Below are positions 29,705 through 39,117 of a stretch of 64,000 nucleotides of DNA, piece by piece (the stretch's first letter is position 1; the number at the start of each line of letters is the position of its first letter). Both the position numbers and the translations under genes were made by a program. The stretch covers positions 768,001 to 832,000 of the forward strand of contig OY762428.1 of the NCBI GenBank assembly GCA_963665665.1, given 5' to 3'. The stretch is from Candidatus Kapaibacterium sp. (GTDB lineage Bacteria > Bacteroidota > Ignavibacteria > Kapaibacteriales > UBA2268). The notes beneath the pieces were generated by a model. It was given only the letters and a program-made list of their open reading frames with translations, ran no database searches and was not told the origin of the DNA.

Positions 29705-30250
29705 CTACCAGCCTGAAACAACTGCCAGCATAATATCATCTGCTATTTGACTTATGGCAGACCTGACTGCCTCATCACGCTCTGTAAAAGCATTATTAAC
29801 ATCAAAAGTTCCGAAGCTGTTGAACTTCTTCTCAATTAACATCACTTTTTTTACCGCGTCAAAATATTCAACTTTACATGATATTGTTATTTTCCTTTCG
29901 CTTTCCAGTTCTCCTGCCGAGCCTCCGTCGCTTATTCCTACCGTTGCTTCCCTGATTGACACGATACTTACGTTCAGATTAGCGTTGGCGTTCTGCTCAA
30001 CTATTTCAAAGCTCTTGTCGTTCCTAAACTTATCAAACAACTCCTGTGCCAGAAAATTCCTGTATTCCGGATTTCCATATCCGCTGTTGTCTTCAACAGG
30101 AGAAATCTTCAAAGTTTTCAAATGCGGTGGTATCGAACCTCCTGTAAAGGAATAGCACCCTCCCAGAGTGAATATCACCAAAATGCAAGATAAGCAATGT
30201 AAATGAAAATAAACATTACTTAAATATGAAAAATATTTCATCTTCCGCAA
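29705..30250 (-). CDS. lptE: LptE-like LPS assembly lipoprotein
   Basis: GGCYSFTGGSIPPHLKT...; C-terminal helix ending VVSGW, typical of Bacteroidota LptE. Confidence 0.75.
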   Translation of the reverse strand: MRKMKYFSYLSNVYFHLHCLSCILVIFTLGGCYSFTGGSIPPHLKTLKISPVEDNSGYGNPEYRNFLAQELFDKFRNDKSFEIVEQNANANLNVSIVSIREATVGISDGGSAGELESERKITISCKVEYFDAVKKVMLIEKKFNSFGTFDVNNAFTERDEAVRSAISQIADDIMLAVVSGW

Positions 30251-30276
30251 TGAAATGGTTCCGCCTGTTAATTTAT

Positions 30277-30921
30277 TTATAATTCCCCCGAATAATCCGG
30301 CCTGTTCTTTTCAGTTCCGATCGTTGTCGGGGAGCCGTGCCCCGGCAAAACAGTGTAATCATCATTGAACGAAAACAGCACCTTTTTCAACGAATCCATA
30401 AGCACAGCCCTGTTACCACCGTGCAAGTCGTATCTCCCGTACCCGTTATTGAAAATTAAATCTCCGCTGAAAATTATTTTTTCATTTTCGGATACCAGAA
30501 TTATACTTCCTTCAGTGTGTCCAGGTGTGTGAAATACCATCAGCTTCTCATTTCCAAATAGAATTTCGTCACCTTCGAACAGAAATCTGTCGGATTCTAC
30601 CTTCTCAATTTCAAATGGCAGTGGAATTACAGTGTATGGTTCCGGGTCGATAAGCCTGTAATTATCTTCTTCGTGCAAAACTACAGGAACCCCAAATTCC
30701 CTTTTCAACTCGGCAGCGCCAGCGCTGTGATCCCAATGCGAGTGTGTAAGAACAACTGCCACAATCTTTATTTCCAGCTTATCAATCGTGGCTTTGAATG
30801 CATCCAAACATTCAGGCGGAGCATCAATTATTATACCTTCTCCTTCCTCCTCGTCGTAAGCAAGATATGTATTTGTTGCTATTGGCCCTGATTCTGCTCT
30901 GAATATTTTCATATCATTCAA
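30277..30921 (-). CDS. MBL-fold hydrolase (glyoxalase II-like)
   Basis: GP..TNTY, LTHSHWDH, HTPGHTEGS, FSGD.IF..G.GR.DL, PGHG..TTIG.E. Confidence 0.9.
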   Translation of the reverse strand: MNDMKIFRAESGPIATNTYLAYDEEEGEGIIIDAPPECLDAFKATIDKLEIKIVAVVLTHSHWDHSAGAAELKREFGVPVVLHEEDNYRLIDPEPYTVIPLPFEIEKVESDRFLFEGDEILFGNEKLMVFHTPGHTEGSIILVSENEKIIFSGDLIFNNGYGRYDLHGGNRAVLMDSLKKVLFSFNDDYTVLPGHGSPTTIGTEKNRPDYSGEL

Positions 30922-31216
30922 ATAAATTACACACTTTCAAACAAGCAAATATAAAATCTTTAATTGAAATTTGAAAATTTGTTTGAATTCCATATATTCA
31001 TAAAAGATGAATGTACAGAAAAAAGAAAATAAAATTCTTTTGAAAATAAAGGTTTTAACTGATAATTCCGAATTTTGACCTTCTGAAAGAAAAAAAATTA
31101 CCGACAGGCAAATTCTTTTGATTTCACAGCCCGGACAGATATAACAGCTAATTTCTCGCTTCTAATTGCAATTTTATTTGTTTTGAATTTTTTATTAAAA
31201 AAATTGGAGAATTTTT

Positions 31217-32389
31217 ATGAACACTGTAATTCTATCCGCCGGCAGAACACCTATCGGAGCTTTTATGGGTTCGCTTGCACCGCTCAGCGCTCCTCAACTT
31301 GGCGCCGAAGTTATTAAAAACGTTATCGATAGAGCCGGAATTGACGGCAATGAAGTTCAGGAAGTTATTATGGGTAATGTGCTTACTGCCGGTATTGGCC
31401 AGGCACCGGCAAGGCAGGCAGCCATTTATTCAGGCCTGCCGGTTTCAGTGGAATGTATGACTATCAACAAAGTTTGCGGAAGCGGGCTGAAAAGCCTTAT
31501 GCTGGCCGATCAGGCCATAAGATGCGGCGACAGTGAAGTATTCGTTGTTGGCGGAATGGAATCCATGACTAATGCTCCCTACCTGCTGCCTAAAGCACGA
31601 TCAGGATACAGGATGGGCAACGGTGAGATAGTTGATTCCATGGTTAATGACGGCCTTTGGGATGTTTACAACAACCTGCACATGGGTATGGCCGGTGAAC
31701 TTTGCGCGGATGAATATAAAATATCCCGCGAAGAGCAGGACGAATATGCTATTATGAGTTACAAACGCGCTATTGAAGCTACGGAAAAAGGCTGGTTTGC
31801 CGATGAAATGATACCCGTGACTATTAAAAACCGCAGAGGCGACATTGTTGTGGATAAAGACGAGGAACCATTTAAAGTAAAATTTGATAAGGTTGGCGCA
31901 TTACGTCCGGCATTCAAAAAAGACGGAACCGTGACGGCTGCCAACGCTTCATCAATTGACGATGGCGCGGCAGCTATGGTGGCTGTATCCGATAAATATG
32001 CCGAAAAAATCGGTGCCAAGCCGATTGCTAAAGTAATTGCTCATGTTTCACACGCCCAAAAGCCTGAATGGTTTACAACAGCGCCGGCTGAGGCTATCAA
32101 AAAAGTTCTGGCAAAAGCTGATATGAAAATTGATCAGATAGACTTGTTTGAAGTGAACGAAGCATTTTCAGTGGTTACACTATACACACAGAAAGAGCTT
32201 GGGATTTCGATGGATAAATTGAATATCCACGGCGGAGCTGTTGCCCTTGGGCACCCGATAGGAGCTTCAGGAGCAAGAATAACTGCTACACTGATCAACG
32301 CGCTGAAACGGACAGGCGGCAAATATGGTATTGCCAGCCTTTGTATCGGTGGCGGTGAAGCCAACGCTATGATAATAGAAATGCTATAA
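31217..32389 (+). CDS. atoB: Acetyl-CoA C-acetyltransferase (thiolase)
   Basis: RTPIG, NKVCGSGLK, NEAF, GHPIGASG, CIGGG. Confidence 0.95.
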   Translation: MNTVILSAGRTPIGAFMGSLAPLSAPQLGAEVIKNVIDRAGIDGNEVQEVIMGNVLTAGIGQAPARQAAIYSGLPVSVECMTINKVCGSGLKSLMLADQAIRCGDSEVFVVGGMESMTNAPYLLPKARSGYRMGNGEIVDSMVNDGLWDVYNNLHMGMAGELCADEYKISREEQDEYAIMSYKRAIEATEKGWFADEMIPVTIKNRRGDIVVDKDEEPFKVKFDKVGALRPAFKKDGTVTAANASSIDDGAAAMVAVSDKYAEKIGAKPIAKVIAHVSHAQKPEWFTTAPAEAIKKVLAKADMKIDQIDLFEVNEAFSVVTLYTQKELGISMDKLNIHGGAVALGHPIGASGARITATLINALKRTGGKYGIASLCIGGGEANAMIIEML

Positions 32390-32578
32390 TGGAGCATTGT
32401 CTGAATTTTATTCGTGAAACTCAACCCTTATAAATGTAGCGATATGAATTTTTCAGATTAACGATGCATGGCGAAATCGCAAAATAAAAAAACATTCCGG
32501 CTTATTTCGGAATCCGTTTTCAAAGTTTAGCTGGATTCATACACAGAATTATTATATCTGATATAAATTTAATATCGT

Positions 32579-32615
32579 AAAAAAAAATCCTTCTGTCAGC
32601 ACAGAAGGATTTTTT
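32579..32615. terminator. Bidirectional intrinsic terminator
   Basis: aaaaaatccttctgt-cagc-acagaaggatttttt between convergent genes. Confidence 0.85.
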
Positions 32616-32635
32616 AATAAAAATTTGAGATAAAA

Positions 32636-34081
32636 CTACCTTCCCACAACAAAGGACTCAATCATCTGTCTGCCAGCGGATGTTATTTTAACAAAGTAAA
32701 CACCCGGATTTAAATCGCTGATATCAATTTTTTCGTCAAATACCCCGGAGTTGATTTTTTGATAATTCCTGATTGATTGTCCGATTGTGTTTAGTATTTC
32801 AACATTTACGGCGTTGGCGCTATCGGTATCGCATTTGATATTCAAATAATCTGAAGCAGGATTGGGATATATCTGTATATCGCTGCTCATAATAGCGAAT
32901 TCGACAGAATTTGGTTTGCCTGTTGTGAACTCCATAATACGCGACCAGGGGCTAACGTCGTTCCCGTGAACAGCCCGAACGCGCCAGACGTAAACAGTAT
33001 TGTCGGTCAGTTCTGTTTCAACTGTGTAAGTTGTATCGTGTATCTCGTATTTCTCGATTATCGGGTCGTCGAAATCCTTATCGCCAAGCAGGTTTGAATT
33101 TGTTTTTGCAGCGAGTTGCAGAATGTAATAGTCAGCACCGGTATTTGTCCAGTTCAGAACAGGAGTTGTGCTTACAGGTTCTCCTTCTTTGCCGATAGGA
33201 AGAAGTTTGGGAATTTTCTCAATATCAACCAGTTGAATAAAATCAACTGTATTTGTTAATTGATTGGGTATGGCCAGCTTTCCGTCGGCTGGATTGTACA
33301 GTATATCGCATGGTTGAGCATATCCCGGCCTGAATATTTCCGGCCGCCCCGAGAAATCAAAATTAACCTTATAAATTTTTCCGGAGAACTCGCCACCATT
33401 ATCCCAGCTTGCAATGTAATATGCATCAGGCCCCTCAGTGATACCCTCAAGTTTGTAAAGGCTGGTTTCCATCAGCATAGTTACTTCGCGTGATTCAATA
33501 TCAACAGCAACGATATTGGATGCCCTCATGGAATTTTTCCAGTTCGAAAGGATTATCAGGCGGTTATTATCCGCATCAAATATCATATCGGAAGGACCGC
33601 GAATAGAATCCATTGTATTGAACATTTCAAGCTGTCGCGTTCTGATATCGTAGCGGTATAACTTATAGCTTTTGCCTTCGGACATATAAAGATAATTTCC
33701 TCCGTCGTAGCAAACCGAATTCAGATTGAAATAATCGCTGTTGTTGAAGAAATAATCAGTTCCGAACACCTGTGATGAATTCAAATCACAACGGATAACA
33801 GAGCACATAAATACACCGTAAATAGTATCACCTACAATAGCAAGGTCAGTCATACCGTTAACAGTTGAATGAGGATATGTATTGCCAAGTGTATCTATTT
33901 TTAATACCATAGCCTGTGTAGTTGTTGCATTACACGATTCAGATGGTCCAATATTTGCCACATAATATGAATTGGTTTTTTCTGAATAAGCAATCCCGTC
34001 CGGTTTGTCGTACTGGGAAAAAAGATCAACTGAAAAAAATAAAATTACAACTGAAAGAGTAAACAAGTAAATATACTTCAT
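32636..34081 (-). CDS. Beta-propeller + FN3-like protein with T9SS-type CTD
   Basis: Signal peptide, P.GI/P.D. propeller blades, YVWRVRA, IYPNPASD...GVYFVKI. Confidence 0.8.
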   Translation of the reverse strand: MKYIYLFTLSVVILFFSVDLFSQYDKPDGIAYSEKTNSYYVANIGPSESCNATTTQAMVLKIDTLGNTYPHSTVNGMTDLAIVGDTIYGVFMCSVIRCDLNSSQVFGTDYFFNNSDYFNLNSVCYDGGNYLYMSEGKSYKLYRYDIRTRQLEMFNTMDSIRGPSDMIFDADNNRLIILSNWKNSMRASNIVAVDIESREVTMLMETSLYKLEGITEGPDAYYIASWDNGGEFSGKIYKVNFDFSGRPEIFRPGYAQPCDILYNPADGKLAIPNQLTNTVDFIQLVDIEKIPKLLPIGKEGEPVSTTPVLNWTNTGADYYILQLAAKTNSNLLGDKDFDDPIIEKYEIHDTTYTVETELTDNTVYVWRVRAVHGNDVSPWSRIMEFTTGKPNSVEFAIMSSDIQIYPNPASDYLNIKCDTDSANAVNVEILNTIGQSIRNYQKINSGVFDEKIDISDLNPGVYFVKITSAGRQMIESFVVGR

Positions 34082-34247
34082 CACTTCTCCGATTTTAATG
34101 ATCAACAAATTGTTTTTTACAAAATATAAAAAAAAAGAAAATATTTAGCTAATAATTTTATCAATAATTTGATTCATTTATTAAATTTTGTTATATTAAA
34201 GCATTATATTGAAAACTAAGGTTTTATTGATGTTAGAGGTTTATCCT

Positions 34248-34994
34248 ATGAAAAAACTCATGACTTTTACAGCTCTATTATTTTTAATCTTTTCATCTTG
34301 CGACGATTCTCCGTCCGGGCCGGATACTTATACTTTGGATAATTACAAAATACTGAAAGATCAGACTCATAACGTGATAATGCCGCTGGCCGACAGCAAT
34401 CGCTGGGATTACCATACCTTTTCATATATAGATGAAAAATTTGATAGCAACAGATATACAGAAAATTACATTAAAATCTGGGTAAGCAAAGATACACTTG
34501 GAGGAGCCTATTTTGCGATTCTTTCAAATCTTCAATATTTTAAATCCTATCTGTTTCCCTATACAAATACTGTATCAGGTTTTGTTTGCATGGACTGCGA
34601 TAGTTCCCTGCTGATTAAATATCCTGCAAAAAAAGGAGATTCATATAGATTAATCCGGGAAGCAAAGTATCCGGTTTTGGTAAAAGATACCGTTACAGGT
34701 GATATTATTGTTGATTCATTATGCGAATTTTTCTATGACTATAAGGTAATTTCAACTGATAACAAAATTACAACAACTTGTGGTAATTTCAGGACTATAT
34801 TATATGAATTGAATGTTACAATACGAAGAACCGAAATTCAGGACAGAATACCTGATCTTAATTTTTTTAAAATTGAGTTCGATTTCGCTCCTGATATTGG
34901 TTTGATTAAAATGAAAAATTACAGTAGGAGATATAATCAGCATGAATTTAAAACTGTGTCAGAATCAGTATTGACAAATTATATATTAAATTAA
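34248..34994 (+). CDS. Tandem lipoprotein 1 (type A N-terminus)
   Basis: FSSC-DDSPSG lipobox; MPLA..N.W.Y, KYP..KG, IT..G.F, FAP.IGLIK. Confidence 0.8.
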   Translation: MKKLMTFTALLFLIFSSCDDSPSGPDTYTLDNYKILKDQTHNVIMPLADSNRWDYHTFSYIDEKFDSNRYTENYIKIWVSKDTLGGAYFAILSNLQYFKSYLFPYTNTVSGFVCMDCDSSLLIKYPAKKGDSYRLIREAKYPVLVKDTVTGDIIVDSLCEFFYDYKVISTDNKITTTCGNFRTILYELNVTIRRTEIQDRIPDLNFFKIEFDFAPDIGLIKMKNYSRRYNQHEFKTVSESVLTNYILN

Positions 34995-35007
34995 CAGTGG
35001 TCTCAAC

Positions 35008-35757
35008 ATGAAAAAAATACTTACTCCGCTAATATTATTTATCATCATAGCAGCATGTGACGATTCTCCGTCAGGGCCGGCAGAATACGACTATGACGAT
35101 TTTAAAATCCTTGACAACCAGCGCGAAGGAGTTATAATGCCCCTTGCCACAGGTCATAAATGGGTATATGAAAACTGGAAGTTATACCCGGATGGAACAA
35201 TAAACGAAGAGAAGCAATTGGATTCGATAGTAGTTGTCAATTCAGTAGATACTTTGGAAGGGCCAGGGTATATATTAAATGGATATGTGCCTGGAATTGA
35301 TTTTGTTAATTATCCAATTTCAAATAAAGTAAACGGACTATGGTTTCTTGTATCCGAAGGCCATTTAAAATTCAAATATCCAATAAAAAAAGGAGAAAAA
35401 TGGAAATATTCGAATCCTATTATCAGAATTGCACAATCGAAAGATACAACCAAATGGGAGAATAAATTTATCCGATCGGAAATTGTAAATGAAATAGTTG
35501 TAACAAGTGTTTCTGAACAAATCAAAACTCCTTTACAGGATTTTAAATCAGTTGTTTATAAAAAGCATCAAAAAGTTAAAGATACAGAAGAATTAGAAGG
35601 AGATTATTATCCTGTCCGGGCCGCAGAAGCAATTATTACAAGCTATTTAGTTCCGGATATAGGAATTGTAAAAATTGAGATATATTGGAAAGAATATAAT
35701 ATGGATAATTTTTACTTGCGTTGGGTATCTGAATTAACCCACTACGAACTTTATTAA
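35008..35757 (+). CDS. Tandem lipoprotein 2 (type B N-terminus)
   Basis: IAAC-DDSPSG; same family motifs. Confidence 0.8.
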   Translation: MKKILTPLILFIIIAACDDSPSGPAEYDYDDFKILDNQREGVIMPLATGHKWVYENWKLYPDGTINEEKQLDSIVVVNSVDTLEGPGYILNGYVPGIDFVNYPISNKVNGLWFLVSEGHLKFKYPIKKGEKWKYSNPIIRIAQSKDTTKWENKFIRSEIVNEIVVTSVSEQIKTPLQDFKSVVYKKHQKVKDTEELEGDYYPVRAAEAIITSYLVPDIGIVKIEIYWKEYNMDNFYLRWVSELTHYELY

Positions 35758-35769
35758 CCAGACATTACC

Positions 35770-36513
35770 ATGAAAAAAATACTTACTCCCCTATTAATAT
35801 TTATCATCATCGCAGCATGTGACGATTCCCCGTCCGGGCCGGCAGAATACGACTATGACGATTTTAAAATCCTTGACAACCAGCGCGAAGGAGTTATAAT
35901 GCCCCTTGCCACAGGTAATAAATGGGAGTATGAGACAATATCATACAATTATGACGGTTCAGTTAATGATACATCAACAATGGTATATAATGTTTTAAAT
36001 CCAGTTGATTCTTTAGATAATAAAGGGTTTTATTTTGATAAAGATTTAGTTTATTTTTCTTCAAACAACCCGGTAACAAATAAAACAAATGGATTTTGGA
36101 TTGCAGCTTGTAGGAAGTTTTTGGCTTTTAAATATCCGGCAAAGCGTGGCAATCATTATTTGCATTCTTACACTTTTAAATACCCGTCTCTCGTCGTTGT
36201 TATTGAAAACGGAGATACATCAAATAAAATTATTGATGTTGAGACACAGTTAATTTATGATTTCAAAGTTCTTAGTACGAATGAAACTGTTCAAACCCCT
36301 GCCGGAAAATTCAAAGCATATGTTTATGAATTAAATATGTGCATGGATAATCTTTCTGACGAGAACGTTGTAAACCGTTATTTTAAATTTAAATATTTCA
36401 TTGCTCCCAATATTGGCATTGTTAAAATTAATTATTACTACGAACAAAACAATTTAGAATCCGATTTTAAATTATGGTCTGAAAATTATCTTGCTCATTA
36501 CGAACTTTATTAA
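35770..36513 (+). CDS. Tandem lipoprotein 3 (type B N-terminus)
   Basis: First about 50 aa near-identical to gene 2; TPAGKF, APNIGIVK. Confidence 0.8.
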   Translation: MKKILTPLLIFIIIAACDDSPSGPAEYDYDDFKILDNQREGVIMPLATGNKWEYETISYNYDGSVNDTSTMVYNVLNPVDSLDNKGFYFDKDLVYFSSNNPVTNKTNGFWIAACRKFLAFKYPAKRGNHYLHSYTFKYPSLVVVIENGDTSNKIIDVETQLIYDFKVLSTNETVQTPAGKFKAYVYELNMCMDNLSDENVVNRYFKFKYFIAPNIGIVKINYYYEQNNLESDFKLWSENYLAHYELY

Positions 36514-36525
36514 CCAGGCATTAAA

Positions 36526-37248
36526 ATGAAGAAAATACTTACTCCGCTAATAATATTTATCATCATCGCAGCATGCGACGATTCTCCGTCCGGGCCGGAT
36601 ACTTATACTTTGGATAATTACAAAATACTGAAAGATCAGACCCATAATGTGATAATGCCGCTGGCCGACAGCAACCATTGGGAATACCAGGTTCTTAAAT
36701 CCAGTTGTCATGATGATGATTGTTATATAACAATTTATGACTACCCGGATACCCTTAGAGGAAAATATTTTTTTCTTGGTTCAAATATTGGTTTTCTCTC
36801 ATGCAGTGGATATTTAAGTTCAAATACTGATGAAGGGCTTCTGCTACTTGATTCAAACATGAAGCAATTCTTTAAATACCCGATCAAAGTTGGCGATACA
36901 TACGATGTAGAAATTTCATTCAAAGTACCTTATCTTTATTACTTTTCGGAAAACGATTCTACGGCAGTTGTTGCAACGGATAGCATATTATTTAGATATA
37001 CATTAATTTCAAATAATGAAGAAATAACAACTGATGTTGGTTCATTTAGTACTTATGCATATAAAGTCGAATCCTTCATGGTATTTCCTGAAGGATCAGA
37101 CTGCCAGACTGAACTGGCCTGGGATACTTTCTATTATTTTGCCCCTGGCATAGGATTAATTAAATATCAAACTTATAAATATAATTATAAAACTTCTGAA
37201 TATACTATTTTGGAAAAATTAATCCTTAAAGAATATACTTTGAATTAG
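36526..37248 (+). CDS. Tandem lipoprotein 4 (type B signal peptide, type A mature N-terminus)
   Basis: MKKILTPL signal as in genes 2/3, then DTYTLDNYKILKDQTHNVIMPLADSN as in gene 1. Confidence 0.8.
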   Translation: MKKILTPLIIFIIIAACDDSPSGPDTYTLDNYKILKDQTHNVIMPLADSNHWEYQVLKSSCHDDDCYITIYDYPDTLRGKYFFLGSNIGFLSCSGYLSSNTDEGLLLLDSNMKQFFKYPIKVGDTYDVEISFKVPYLYYFSENDSTAVVATDSILFRYTLISNNEEITTDVGSFSTYAYKVESFMVFPEGSDCQTELAWDTFYYFAPGIGLIKYQTYKYNYKTSEYTILEKLILKEYTLN

Positions 37249-37310
37249 CATCCAAAAAAGTTCAATTTAACACCTGCCCCCTGCCTGCCCCGACAGGTCG
37301 GGGAAGGGCG

Positions 37311-37584
37311 GGGGTGGTTTCTTAAACATTCCCCTCCAGTGGAGGGGTGGCGAGCGCAGCGAGTCGGGGTGGTTTCTTTTTCTTAGTCCCAAGGTATTTT
37401 TATCCACGAGAATGCACGTGGCTATTGAATTTTGCGATATTCTGGATGGATTGTCATTCTGAGCGGAGCGAAGTATCCATTCTTCATACATTATCTGCAA
37501 TCAAAGATAGATTCTTCGGTCGCTTCGCTCCTGAAGCCTGCCCCTGCCTGCACCGATTTATCGGTGACGTGTCGGGGAATGACA
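37311..37584. repeat. Composite palindrome mosaic, left copy
   Basis: ggggtggttt..., gagcgcagcgag.cggggtgg, tatccacgag..gcacgtggctattgaattt, tgtcattctga..gaatgac, in the same order as 38657-38956. Confidence 0.85.
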
Positions 37585-37761
37585 ACATAATACCTCATTC
37601 TTTTGCTCTGTTTACCCGTTCTTCCACCACAATGAACAGGCCGCCGGCCTTAATTCCCCATCCTGTGGTTTCAATGAATCGGATAATTTCCTTACTTCAA
37701 CGCTGTTTTGAACCAGAATCCTGATGTTTGGGCTAAATGCTTTGTTGGCAGGGCTTTAAAC

Positions 37762-38060
37762 TGCCTTGGCCGGAGTTATTGAATCATTGTTTGGCCTTAA
37801 TGTAGTGAAATTTGACCTCATTGAGGTCTTGTTTGGCCTTATTGAGGACTTGTTTGGCCTTACTGAGGACTTGTTTGACCTTATTGAGGTCTTGTTTGAC
37901 CTTATTGAGGTCTTGTTTGACCTTACTGAGGACTTGTTTGACCTTATTGAGGTCTTGTTTGACTTTACTGAGGTCTTGTTTGGCCTTACTGAGGACTTGT
38001 TTAGCCTTACTGAGGACTTGTTTAGCCTTATTGAGGTCTTGTTTGGCCTTACTGAGGTTA
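37762..38060 (-). repeat. 21-bp tandem array A (11 full units plus degenerate units)
   Basis: Unit like gaccttattgaggtcttgttt; its reverse complement aligns to the array B unit. Confidence 0.95.
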
Positions 38061-38061
38061 C

Positions 38062-38544
38062 TCATTATCTTCAAACAAGGCATCATTATCTTCAAACAAG
38101 GCATCAATGACTCCGACCAAGGCGTCAATGCCTTCAAACAAGGCATCAATGACTCCGACCAAGGCAGCAATAAAGCAAAACATTGCTGCAATAGCTTCAA
38201 CCAAGAGTTCATTATCTTCAACCAAGACGTCAATAACTTCGAACAAGGCATCAATGACTTCGACCAAGGCAGCAATGACTTCGAACAAGGCATCAATAAA
38301 GCAAAACATTGCTGCAATAGCGTCGACCATTGGTACATTGATTTCGAACAAGGCGTCATTATCTTCAAACAAGGCGGCAATGACTCCGACCAAGGCGGCA
38401 ATGACTCCGACCAAAGCAGCAATAACTCCGACCAAGGCATCAATAACTTCGACCAAGGCGTCAATGCCTTCAAACAAGGCAGCAATGGATTCAAACATTG
38501 GTGCAATAACTTAGACCAAGGCAGCAATAGGTTAAACCATTGGT
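38062..38544 (+). repeat. 21-bp tandem array B (23 units)
   Basis: Unit like tcaatgacttcgaccaaggca, strict 21-bp register. Confidence 0.95.
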
Positions 38545-38656
38545 GCTTTGCTTTCGACACTTTCTACCTCCCCCCGGCCCCCTCCTTCAAAAGGAGGGGG
38601 AGTTAATCTTATGATATTTAACTTCTTATCCACTCCTCGGGGAGGAGGGAATTATA

Positions 38657-38956
38657 GGGGTGGTTTTATTAAACTGCTCGCCCCGCGATCTCCGTATCCC
38701 GACGCAAAAAAGGGAAAGGATTTCCCAATCCTCTTTTCTTTCGGATAAGATATCCGAAAGAGCATCGGAGCGCAGCGAGACGGGGTGGATTCTTTTTCTT
38801 AGCCTCCTCCCTTATCCACGAGCTAAAGCACGTGGCTATTGAATTTAACGATGGTAAAACTGCATGTCATTCTGAACGCCAGCGAAGAATCCATTCTTAT
38901 TACATTATCTGCAAAGGAAGATGGATTCTTCGGTCGCTTCGCTCCGTCAGAATGAC
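38657..38956. repeat. Composite palindrome mosaic, right copy
   Basis: Direct repeat of 37311-37584 with different internal insertions. Confidence 0.85.
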
Positions 38957-39117
38957 GGATGGGAATGTCCACCGATGGTGAGGGACAGAGGGGATTGAAT
39001 TAACAAGAAAAATAAGTGATGTGCTAATGTTAATCAGTTTTTATATTTGGCGGAAATAAAAAAATGATTAATTTGAATTATCAATATATTATCAACAAAT
39101 ATTTAATTGGTTTAAGG

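Noticed and set aside
34248-37248. Diversity-generating retroelement or shufflon behind the lipoprotein variation
   Set aside because: No reverse transcriptase or invertase, no adenine-specific TR/VR pair, all genes co-oriented
37762-38544. CRISPR array interpretation of the 21-bp arrays (also 20119-20397)
   Set aside because: Units are contiguous with no unique spacers, and no cas genes are present
37766-38606. Five overlapping heptad-repeat ORFs on both strands
   Set aside because: By-product of 21-bp periodicity; no frame is favoured and array A variation is not concentrated at synonymous sites in any open frame; coding not strictly excluded
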